Assembly (NCBI GenBank): GCA_002269645.1
Contig: NIVC01000110.1
Coordinates: 901,812 to 965,811, forward strand
DNA: 64,000 nt
Direction: 5' to 3'
From: Macrostomum lignano
Taxonomy: Eukaryota
In this document: positions 1 to 11,774 of the stretch, one piece after another
Position numbering within the stretch: the stretch's first letter is position 1
How the letters are laid out: every line of letters begins with the position of its first letter
The notes under the pieces: model-generated
Seen by the model: only the letters and a program-made list of their open reading frames with translations
Database searches by the model: none
Told to the model about the DNA's origin: nothing
Translations under genes and position numbers: made by a program

Positions 1-1443
1 TCCAGACCCTGCTCAAGTGTCAGCGACTCCAAAGCCCTGTAGGAGCCGAACAACTTAGCTATAGCCTTCTCCAGTAGAGGAGCGAAGTACTCACCGGAGT
101 CTGGCGAGTGTGCGAACAGCATTGAGGATGATGGTGATGAGGAGGAGGCTGACCGAGGCAGCCGGTCGTCGATCACGACTCGATACGGTTCGTCATTAAA
201 GTGCAACCGGAAATGGAATGCGCCAGTGAAACGGACCGGGTCCAGCAGCTCCTGCTCCTGGGAGCGAAGATCCGGCATGGCCTGGATGGCATGGGGACGT
301 ATATCGGCTGATTTTGTTTTTTAAACTTTCGGTTCTGTCTCTCACGTACCTTCTCGGCATACTCCGGCCAGATCAGCAGCGCCGCGGCAACTGCCGGCAC
401 CCAGCAGGTGCCGAGAGAACCGTGGCAGAGCTCCCGGCTTCGTTTCTCTCGGATGAGCAGGCAGGGCGACTCAGAGATCGTCTGTATACGAGTGCGAGGA
501 TTGGGGATTGTGTTTTAGATGGGATAATATTGGCAAGTTCAGCAACTCAAATTCGGTAATCAAACTCGGTATTTGAAGGATTTAATGCAATGAGGAACAA
601 TGGGGATGAGGATATGCAGATATTTAGGATCTAAATCCCATGGTTAAGAATGAGGATCTATAGATTTTTTTATCTAAATCCCATGGTTAAGAATGAGGAT
701 CTACAGATTTTGGGATCTAAATCCCTTGGTTAAGAATGAGGGTCTGCAGGTTTTGGGATCTAAATCCCATGGTTAAGAATGAGGATCTGCAGGTTTTGGG
801 ATCTAAATCCCATGGTTAAGAATGAGGATCTGCAGGTTTTGGGATCTAAATCTCATGGTTAAGAATGAGGATCTGCAGGTTTTGGGATCTAAATCCCATG
901 GTTAAGAATGAGGATCTGCAGGTTTTGGGATCTAAATCCCATGGTTAAGAATGAGGATCTGCAGATTTTTGGGATCTAAATCCATTGGTTAAGAATGAGG
1001 ATCTGCAGGTTTTGGGATCTAAATCCCATGGTTAAGAATGAGGATCTGCAGATTTTGGGATCTAAATCCCATGGTTAAGAATGAGGATCTGCAGATTTTT
1101 GGGATCTAAATCCCATGGTAAAGAATGAGGATCTGCAGATTTTTGGGATCTATATACCAAGGTTAAGAATAAGGATTTGTATACTGATGGGATCTAAATT
1201 TTACAATTTCAATGTAATTTACTAAAAACTAATCTTAAAACAACAATGAAACTATATTACCTTAATCCGATCCCACCGAATCGAGTCGTCAGGAACATCA
1301 ACAGAGAACAGTGACTGAGCATTGGCTGGAAATTTGGCATCCTCAAAAACTGTGCCAGAATTTTGGCACTGCTTCTGAATATCCTTGAAGCGTTGATTTT
1401 GAAAATCTGTTGGTGACTCAAGAAGCTTCAGAAATGCCTCCAT
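1..1443 (-). CDS. Calpain (CysPc catalytic domain), 5' part; continues beyond the left edge
   Basis: Exons 1261-1443, 350-481 and <1-281 join in phase 0 at GT-AG sites. Spliced protein: MEAF...FEDAKFPANAQSLF...WDRIK|TISESPCLLI...ELCHGSLGTCWVPAVAAAL...EK|AMP...FTGAFHFRLHF...VVIDDRLP...EYFAPLLEKAIAKLFGSYRAL. This matches calpain hallmarks FxDxxFP, (Q)GxLGxCW, FHFRF..VVIDDRLP and LLEKAYAKLxGSY. Confidence 0.92.
605..1197. repeat. 43-bp minisatellite in calpain intron 1
   Basis: Unit GGATCTAAATCCCATGGTTAAGAATGAGGATCTGCAGGTTTTG; period 43 (761 vs 804); about 13 copies. Confidence 0.95.
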
Positions 1444-4400
1444 TATAATTCAGCATTAATAAATTAGAAGAAAAGCTGCAATGAAATATTAGTATACAAG
1501 AATTGATTGTATAAAAGTTCAACACTGTTTACTTCGATTATTCCTAGATTGTTAGGTAATTGCTTAATATTAATTTCAATTTGACTTTTTGTATTTCCCT
1601 ATTCACTTTATTTTCATCTTTTACATATGTACTGAAGTAGGCCTAGGCCTAGTTAATGCTATAAAATCTAAATTATAATTTTACTCTCAGTAAAACCAAC
1701 CAACATATGCTATTTAATTTGTGATAAGTGCGATTTTAGTTTTTGTTTTATTTAATAAGTAGGGCATTAAAATTTATAATATTAAAATGTAAAGAGATTT
1801 GAGATGCTCGTGGTTTTTTAAATACTATTATATGAGTTAATTAAAGGTAATTAATTTTATCCCACAAAACTATTTACTAGATAGATATAGATAACAATGC
1901 AGCTACTTATAGAAAAAAATTCATTAATTTTTTTCAAAATTTCATCTAACTTGCATAAATAAACAGACTTAGTCTATAAGTATTTGTAAAGAAAGAACAA
2001 ATAAGCAATAGCATGGAATGGAATAATTCTGAGTAAACCTAGAAATTAAATACCTTAAATCGGCACTGAAACATATAATTTGCTAGACTATAGGTGGTTA
2101 TGTAAGCATTTTTGTTTTTTGGCTTTGGTAATGCCCCAGGTAGGGAATATCAAAGCCACAAACTAAAAGGGGCAATAGAGCTCACCTTGTTTGCATAAAA
2201 AATCTACAAAAGTTATGAAGTTGAATTCTGATCCTCACGGAAATTCTAAACAACATCGTTAGCAACGAGTTTAACAGAATCATATGCCAAACTAAAAGCA
2301 GCTAATACTAATACTTTTACATGACATGCTAGAACTAACTAAGGCTAAGAGAAAATATAATATCTATATTTTTTAATTAGAACAATGCTTGGATTGCTTT
2401 GAGCTTGGACTGTGCTACGATTATTAACGGGACCTTTTGCACCAAAATCTTCGGTCAGTGGGGTAAAAAAACATTCCGCATTCTGTCAGAACGTATTTAC
2501 TCCCCCTTATTAACGCGGTTATATATTGAATGCAATACAGTGCTAAGCCACCCATGCACTGTATTATATTTTATAACGCACGGAAGAAACGACAAGTGCT
2601 TTCGCGGCGGAGCGAATCGACTACGCTTAATTTAGAAAACGTGAGCTGAGGTGACTAACGAGAGAAAGCCTCATTCACAAAATTACAAATTTAGAGCCAA
2701 GAGGTGTAGAATAACGGATTGGAGTTTGCCATCCTTGTCAAGAATTAATTGTTTAGATTCTTTTTTAAAAGAGGACACTCAGAGTTGTCTTTATCTGTCG
2801 ACTCGATATAGCGTAGACAAACGAACTCGCGCGATCAATAAAGGTCAAAGATAATTGATACGCTGGTAATAATGAATATTGAATAATAAGTTTTGTTCTG
2901 ATTCACTGAAGCTTTATCAATAATATGACAATGAAATTTATTTTTATCATTTTTATTGATCGAACGAAACGAATAGATGGCACAATCCACAATGGGCATG
3001 CACACATCAACAAGCTTTGCCTCCCCGGCTCCGCCTTCAACCTCAAATGCCACATCCTCTTCATCTTCACTCTTCACAATCATTTTAGTTTGGAGTCTGG
3101 ACTGTACCGCCATTAGCGGATTCACACTACGAGAAAATGCATGTGATGCGATGATATGATTATGATTTATGAACTTATGAACTTATATAGTACAACAGGG
3201 GTTTAGATAGATCCAGATTCCAGAACAAGGTTTAGGACCAGAAGTTCAGGAGACCCGGACCAGGTTCATTCAGGGTGCAGCCAAGGACTTAGGACTTAGT
3301 TAGTTCTTACGGAAGAACTAGAACTTAGAAGAACTTAGTTAGTCTAGAAGTCCAGCTTGGGTGCAGCCGACACGAGTACAGCAGTGACACGAGGCCAAAT
3401 GCCAATGCCATGCCAAAACGTTTCACAATTTCCCATTCAAATCAACTTGCATATTGGATTGGAATTTGGAATTGCATTGCATCACCCAGGCGGCCCAGCC
3501 CAAATACAGGCCCGCGAATTTGCGATACCCTTTCATTTGAAAAAAGTTAAGACTTGGACTGGGGCTAACGTGATCGTGGATGGAAAGAAAGGATTGATAA
3601 AATAGAGGGGGGGTTTCGCTAGTTCTGTCTAACTAAAAGGCCCAGTAGGAGGCCTTCACTTTGGAGTTAAAGGATTTTCGTTCTCTCCGTCCCAGTCAAG
3701 ACCAATGATTCAGACTGGGGAGCGGGGCCCGCGGGTCGAAATGTACATTTCTGCCTGCCGGGCCCGAGCGGTTTGTGCCTTCGCACAGACCCCACCCCCC
3801 TCAGCCAACCACCCCACCACCGCCAAATCCCTCCCCCCCTTTCCTTACAGTCTGAAAACTTTGCTATATAGCGCCCGCGAAGGCCTCCCTCACGCTTGTG
3901 GCCTTCGCTTTCCCTCTCCAGTCTCTCCCTCTCTTGGCGTATCTGCCAGTGCCACTGCCAGGCTCCTCTCTAGTAAGTCTGTCCCTTCCCTTCGCATAGC
4001 GTATCCAATCTATATATCTGATATTTTAAACCTACACCATCCTTTTCGTTTCCACCAAGCCCGCTATATGCGCAATTTATATTATAAGTAAGTTCTTGTT
4101 AAACAGTTGAACTTTACCCTAACAACTGCAACTGAGTCTGAACTGAAGTGCCTAAGAAGCCTGCTATAATATGACTTCAGAATTGAGAAACGCGCAAGCA
4201 ATTGGCTTTGCTTCATCGAGTTAGCTCTGTCTGTCTTACACCACGGGACCATGCTTTTTTGCATTCGCATGCCGCTGTTATGTAAAAACTTACATCGACA
4301 TAACCATGGAATGTAAAGAAGTATGTTCTTCGGAGACATTAATCGACAATTTACCCTGTTTCTGTATTCTGACCCGTTACGTCCTTCGTTTAGTTTAAAT

Positions 4401-5879
4401 ATGCGCTCTCGTAGAGGAGAGGCCCGCCTACCCTACCTCGTCAAGCTAATCAAGATTGTATTCTAAATTCCAGCAGTAATAATTAATAAATACCGATGCA
4501 ATGAATTATAATTTCCTCGTTTTACGAGCTAAGCTGTTGTGTTTCCTTGTATCATTTTACATTCGATCAATGTTCGCTTCAAAGTTCAGAGCTATCCGTT
4601 TAAGAAATCGGGAACATTAGAGTCAGAGACTACTAAAAATGTAACTTCACAATTCCCACGCATCAAGGTGGGCACGGTCAGGCCTCTGAGGGAGGGGATC
4701 CTTTGAAAAATGGCAATCCTTAAGCTTAAGCTCTTCTTCAGCTCTCTCTAATCTACTCTCCTCTGCTCTTTCCTTTCTTCTCTCTTCTCCATGCCTTCAT
4801 TCCCTCTCTTCTTTACTCTTCTCTCCTCTCTCTTCTCACCTTTTTCCCTCTTCTATTATCTCTCCTCTCCTCTCTGCCTCATATTCTCCCTAGCGCCAAG
4901 ATGATCTGACCCTTGTGGTAAAAAAAAAGTTTTGAAAAAAAGCATGCACGAATCCTGCTTTGCACCATTTGGCTTTAGAAAATAATTTTTAGTATAGTGG
5001 AATAGATCGAATCGAATATTGCTCTGCGCTGCACTAGCCATGCTCTGCTGCAGTCAATCAATAACCTAAAGCCCCGAGGTCCCAGACTCCCTCAGCTCTC
5101 TTTAGCTCTATTATGCCTAGCACTCCACTATGCCACATATTTACAAGCAATAGTGTGGCTCGCTAGATCCCTATGAAGTTTTACGAACGAGCATTTTCCC
5201 CACTGCCACATCCCCCAAGCGCCTTCCCATGCCCACATCCCGTCCCTATTATAAAATTTTCCCAAATGCGGTATATACATGTAAGTCATATAAAGTAATA
5301 TAAGTCAAACCATATTCCAGCTGGGATGCGGAACTGCAAACGGGATTTGGGAATTGGGATATTCTAGCTAGTGGGTAACTACTGCAATATCTTTAGATTA
5401 AATAATAATTTACATGTAAACTTAACTGCTATAAGGTCACAGCCCTATCTATATACTGTACTGTACATGTATACAGGCGTTAACAGTACTCGCACTCGGA
5501 TGATGTACATAGATATACTCGTAGGTCGGTAGTTCCGGATTTACTAAGGTACATGTTCACATTTACCTACCCCTACCAGTATATATTTGCACTTATATTG
5601 CACACATGAACGCTTGTACATCTTCTATGTTCTCGGAAATCGGGAAAATGGAGACAGACAGTAATTGCCTGCAAACTTGTGGTGTATGCAGAGGGGGTAT
5701 TGGAGCCCCGTGCCCCTTCTCATGCAATTGCCCCGGCCCCCAACAAAATAAATATTGCGCTGCTCTAAAAACTGAAATAAAAGAGGACAAAACAAGCTCG
5801 ACGAAATCACGGAGCTCAAATTAAGATGTTGCCTCTTTCATGCACCGGATAGGGTAGGGCGTGACAACTAAGATAGGAT

Positions 5880-6410
5880 TGCCCACCAAAAGAGACAGGG
5901 GCGCCCACCAAGAGACAGGAGCGCCCGCCAAGAGACAGGGGCGCCCACCAGGAGACAGGGGCGACTACCAAGAGACAGGAGCACCCACTAACAGACAGGA
6001 GCGCCCACCAAGAGACAGGGGCGCCCACTAAGAAACAGACAGGAGCGCCCAACAAGAGACAGGGGCGCCCACTAAAGGACAGGGGGCGCCCACCAAGAGA
6101 CAGAGGCGCCAACCAAGAGACAGGGGGCACCCACCAAGAGACAGGGGCGCCCACCAAGAGACAGGGGCGCCCACCAAAAGACAGGAGCTCCCACCAAGAG
6201 ACAGGGGCGCCCACCAAGAGACAGACGGGGGCGCCCACCAAGAGACAGGGACACCCACCAAGAGACAGGGGCGCCCACCAAGAGACAGACGGGGGCGCCC
6301 ACCAAGAGACGGGGGCACCCACCAAGAGACGGGGGCACCCACCAAGAGACAGGGGGCGCCCACCAAGAGACGGGGGCACCCACCAAGAGACGGGGGCGCC
6401 CACCAAGTGA
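5880..6410. repeat. About 20-bp GC-rich minisatellite
   Basis: Unit approximately GGGGCGCCCACCAAGAGACA with small indels; explains the overlapping LVGAP/SWW ORFs. Confidence 0.95.
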
Positions 6411-7614
6411 CGTGCGCCAACCAAAGCACGAAATATCGGCGCCCCTTAGGTTTGGGAACTTTGGGGCCTTTAAAATTGATCAGCTTTACTCTTCTTACTG
6501 CCCGTGCCCACCACTGTGCCTTACATTCACCTTTTTACAGTGCAAGAAACCCAGTGGTTTAAAACCTAGCTTATCTGTGACTAACAGGCCCTATAAAAGA
6601 AGCAAACAGACTACAGAGCAGACTCCTTATCAGTGAAACAAAATATAGTTTAGCCTAGATCTCGTATATAACTTAACACTATATATTAGACTTGGTAAGT
6701 ATAGTTTAGTAATTTACTGTATAACAATATGCATTATAAATTAACGGACCGTGTTTGCGATTACTATATTAATTAACTTTGGAAATTAATAGGAAGTCGT
6801 GAAATCCCAAGAATCCCAAATATTTTTTAAACTAAAACGAAAATGACTGTTAATTTTTCATGGCACACATTTTTTTAATTTCTTGAGTAGCTGCAGCCTC
6901 CCAGAGACCCAGACAAGACAAGAGTCTGGCAAACTTTAAAACTGCCTCGCTGCATGCTTTGTTTTAAATTGATACCAAAATAAAAAACTGCACGTCGCTT
7001 TCTAGTGAGCCTACTGTAAGTAAGTTATATAGAGTTTTTTTTAAACCTGTAGCATGCGAATTGCATTCTATTGCATTCTATACACAATGACCATGGACCC
7101 CCACACCAAACTCAGACAAACAAAGAGGAAAGGAAATATGAAACAGAAGATGACTCATAGCTCTTTATTTTGACATCCTAAAATTTCTAAAAACTACGCA
7201 TGATTAAAGCATGTCTGGATTTAGCAACCATAATTAAAACAACCATAAGTAGCATAATTAAAATAATTTCTCTGTACACCTATATTATAGTAACAAGAGC
7301 ATCTAAACTTGAGAATTACATTCGGAACCCATGTTTGTTCACGTATTAAAATTGATAATAAGGTACACATGCACGAAGTCAATTCTTTTAAAAACTTTTA
7401 GGAACACGTGACCTGATCGACTTTTATGCCCCAGAAAAAAATCACAACATCAAAATGCACCATGGTATTTATAAGTATAATCAATAATTCGAAAGTAATT
7501 TGAAGCTTAAACGCATCAGGAAATTGCATAGCGTATAGTAGTTTCTCAGGAGTTACATGCATTTTGAAGGGGTAACCATTTAATTTCATATAGCGTTGGC
7601 GTCAGCAATCGGAA

Positions 7615-7875
7615 AGCGCCAGCACCGGAGGCGTCAGCACCGGGGGCGCCAGCACCGGGGGCGCCAGCACCGGGGGCGCCAGCACCGGGGGCGCCAGCAC
7701 CGGGGGCGCCAGCACCGGGGGCGCCAGCACCGGGGGCGCCAGCACCGGGGGCGCCAGCACCGGGGGCGCCAGCACCGGGGGCGCCAGCACCGGGGGCGCC
7801 AGCACCGGGAGCGCCAGCACCGGGGGCGCCAGCACCGGGGGCGCCAGCACTGGGGGCGCGGCGGCGCCAGCACCC
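7615..7875. repeat. 15-bp minisatellite (GCGCCAGCACCGGGG)n
   Basis: About 17 near-perfect copies; a G5 run on the plus strand in most units. Confidence 0.95.
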
Positions 7876-8406
7876 TAATTATATTGAGTACTATAGTAAC
7901 CATAAATCTGCACAGAAACTTGAAAATCCACCTTAGAGATTAAATTGTGCGCGACCATCAAACTTCGAAGTTCGAAGCAATTCGAAGCTGCATGCATATG
8001 CACACACATGTCATGCTGTACCACATGCATATCTTCACTGGCTCAATCCATCTTACAGGTAAATAGGAGCGGATGTTTACAGTATACAGCAGGCGCGGCA
8101 CAGCAAACTGTTTACTGCAATTTCAAAATGTAGAGGATAAGCATTGAGCATCCATTCACACAGCTGGGCTATTCATAGCTGATAATGATCTTAACTTAGC
8201 TGGCAACGGCCTATTCGCTTTACCAAGAATTAATATCATCATGCCAAGCTTGCAAGCGAAGCTGAAACCCAATTGACACAGGAAGTAAAAGCGTGATACT
8301 CGTAGATCCGTATATTTATCCTTACAGCCACTGTACCATCGATAACGCGTTAACTTGTTAAGCTTTCTTCAACGTTTTAAACTGAACTTCCATAATTGTT
8401 CCAGAT

Positions 8407-8905
8407 CGGGGCTCGGCAAGCATTTTTAACTTAAGGGCCAGATTATAGAATCTAGCGCATGGCTGCAGGTCAGAGAAAGAACAGAGGAGAGAGGGAGAGG
8501 AGAGATGAGAGAGGAGGGGAGAGAAGAGATGAGAGAGAAGGGGAGAGGAAGGGATGAGAGGAACGGAGAGAGGAGAGATGAGGGAGAAGGGGGAGAGAAG
8601 GGGAGAGAGGAGATATGACAGAGTTGATGAGAGGAATGGAGAGAGGAGAGATGAGGGAGCAGGGGAGGGGGTGGGAGAGGAGAGGGGAGAGGGGTGAGAG
8701 AGAAGAGGGGGAGGAGGGAAAAGAGTAGGAGATGAGAGTGGAATGGAGAGGAGATATGAGGGAGGAAAGAGAAGAGGGGAGATGAAAGAGAGGAAAGAGA
8801 AAAGAGACCTGAAATGAGACAAACCTTAAACGGGCCGGATTGCTGCTATCGTGAAGTTTCAAAGGTCCCGAGGGCCGGATGGAGAGGTTGCTTCGCGGGC
8901 CGCCA
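8407..8905 (-). mobile_element. hAT-like MITE with a GA-rich core (family copy)
   Basis: Left end CGGGGCTCGGCAAGC...AAGGGCCAGA and right segment GGGCCGGATTGC..GTGAAGTTTCAAAGG..GAGGGCCGGAT..CTTCGCGGGCCGC are homologous to flanks at 43050-43557 and 51755-51841. Confidence 0.6.
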
Positions 8906-10186
8906 TGTTGTATCAAGTTCTGTACAGAGCACAGTATACAACATGAGCCATGCAGGTATGCCCCAACCACCCCTGTGCAAGAGATACTGGCCAATGGGAA
9001 TCACGTTGGCTTGGGGCCGGGTCTGCACAGAGAGTTCGTGAACCCAATAAAGGGGACCCAGCAGCCCGGCTCTCAGAATACCTCAGAACAACACCACTAC
9101 AAGAAACTTTCAAGCACCAGGAAACTACATAGATAGGGGTAAGTTGCACATATCGAACTCAAAACAAGAGTACCCCAGAATCTGCTAAACTGGTTCAAGG
9201 CCGGTCCATAAGGGCTGTCTGTTTTACTAATAACTTTTGGTCCCCTTAAACCAGTTGAGCAGTATGGAGCATTTCACCATTGACTTTATTTATCACCTAA
9301 TTGTAACGCTTTTTCAATGCATCCTACTGTTCAGTTGTCAGAAAATAAAATCGACATAGACAATAAATAAAATAGCGCTTATTAGTGAGCAATGACAAGT
9401 TTGATACAAGTAGAATGCGTTGCTGTGTATTTTGTGTATTTTTTCATTCGATTATAGGACTGATTTATATATATTCAATCTGCGACATGGATCGTACGAT
9501 ATTGAAGTAAATTTATAATGATAACTGGGGAGGCGGGGTTCACATTCTTTGTACAAGAGAAGGGACATTTATTACAATCGCAATAAGTAAAATTTTAATT
9601 AGCAAAGTTGAAGCTTTTATTAAGCTGAGCTGCCGCCTCTGCGCGTTAGGCATAATTACGTAGATAAGAAATCAGTTAATTGGTTGTTGACCACCTTTCA
9701 ATACTATCAATTAAGTCACTGCTAATGAGTAAGCTGGAGTTTAGCGGCTGTTGTGTTGAAAAATAGAAATAAATTGCAGAAAGCATAGATAGCAGCGGCC
9801 TGACTAAAAAACAGCACAAATATACTAATTACGCTACTGCAAGTAAGCTACTCGTGGATGCACAAATTCAAATCTCTTTTATAGCAGTTATAAAAAATTA
9901 TCGACACTTCCAACGTAGCGGAGAGTCTGTGTATTTTAACGCACAATCAGCAGTAGCAAGTAATAATGATGATGATTATTATTATTTCTATGACAAACAA
10001 AGCTTTAAAGCTTAACGAACGCTTTGTATGACGGGATTAGGAAGCGATAGAAACTGATATAAAAAAGGTGCAAAATTAGGGACTTCAGGTGAGAACCGCG
10101 ATAATTGAGGCAAAAATGATTATGACTGATGTATGAGGAATAAAAAAACAATTGCTTTAACTGAGGGCTGAACACAATTATATGGA

Positions 10187-10680
10187 AGGGAAGGAATGTA
10201 CATTCAGTGAGTTAGGAGTCGGATAGGACCCAATGTGCATTCTATGGTAGGGAAGGAATGTACATTCAGTGAGTTAGGAGTTGGATAGGACCCCATGTAC
10301 ATTCTATGGTAGGGAAAGAATGTACATTCAGTGAGTTAGGAGTTGGATAGGACCCAATGTGCATTCTATGGTAGGGAAAGAATGTACATTCAGTGAGTTA
10401 GGAGTTGGATAGGACCCAATGTGCATTCTATGGTAGGGAAAGAATGTACATTCAGTGGGTTAGGAGTTGGAAAGGACCCAATGTGCATTCTATGGTAGGG
10501 AAAGAATGTACATTCAGTGGGTTAGGAGTTGGATAGGACCCAATGTGCATTCTATGGTAGGGAAATAATGTACATTTCAGTGGGTTAGGAGTTGGATAGG
10601 ACCCAATTTGCATTCTATGGTAGGAAAATAATGTACATTCAGTGGGTTATAAAGCGGAAAAGACCCAATGTACATTTTTT
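10187..10680. repeat. 62-bp minisatellite
   Basis: Unit GGGAA(G/A)GAATGTACATTCAGTGAGTTAGGAGTTGGATAGGACCCAATGTGCATTCTATGGTA; period 62 (10201 vs 10263); about 8 copies. Confidence 0.95.
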
Positions 10681-11774
10681 GGTTGGTAGGACAGAATAGG
10701 GTAGAATGTAATTTTAAACAATCAACGTACATCCGAGGGCTGGTTTAAGGGAAACGAACGTACACCGATGTTTGATCGGGAAATGACAGCTAAATAAAGA
10801 ATTTAGTGGCCTATAATAGTGGAGAAACAACCGAGACAATTTTTAAAGACAGCCAAGCCTCACGTTTAAAATGGTAAATCAGATGAAAAATGACATGCCT
10901 CTAAATTGAATAAGCTAAGAATGATTAGCTACTTTATTAATAATCCCACAAGCATCGCACGCAGGACATACAGGACTAAGAGCGGCAGCAGCACAAGGAC
11001 AATAAAATTGCGAAGTTTAACAAAATATTCGAAACAAATTTTGGTGCTGACAGAAAAGTTTTAAGCAGATGATGAGAAGAAATATTAACCTAAAAGTGGC
11101 AATGTGGGCAAGTTATTAGTTTTTTATTAAAAATTTCTGACTTGCTGAAAATATTAGAAAATAAAGCAATGGTACTGATACATAATTTGAGAATTGCATC
11201 CTCTGACAGACAGCACAATCAGAGATTTTTTTACTTTTCTTTCTAGCAGTGACTACGCGTAAATTATACTACTGACAAACAGTCATAGAAGTAGTAAGCC
11301 CTTAGCTTCGATACCTAAATTAATGAATTAATTGAATAAGAATACTAAGGCACCGCTTGAATATCTCGCGTGGACGAATTGAAACAACTGAGAGAGAGGG
11401 GGAGAGAGGAAGAGGGAAAAAGAGGGGAGAGAGTGAAGGGAAAGGGATAGGGGAAAAGAGGGAGAGTGAGAGAGGGGTAGAGAGGGGAAGAGAGTGGGAG
11501 AGTGGAAGTGGGATAAGGGAAGAGAGGGAGAGGGATAGGGGAAGAGCGAGGGAATGGCGGAGAAGGGGAGAGAATTCAGCAAGAACGAAATGACACATTT
11601 AGAAGCCATTGGAAGCAAGCACACGCATCAGATTAATTTTAATAATAGGACGCACAGTTAATATATAGAGTGGCGGAAAGACTGAACAGGTGAGAACAGG
11701 AAACTTGGAAATCAGCACAAGGGGATCAGGCTACAAATAAAATAAACATAAATTTAAAGCAGGCGTGAGGGTCA

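Noticed and set aside
5816-6429. Overlapping 100-200 aa ORFs (LVGAP/SWW repeats)
   Set aside because: Translations of the 20-bp minisatellite.
10187-10680. CRISPR-like array (also considered for the other regular repeats)
   Set aside because: Units are contiguous with no unique spacers, there are no cas genes, and the context is eukaryotic.
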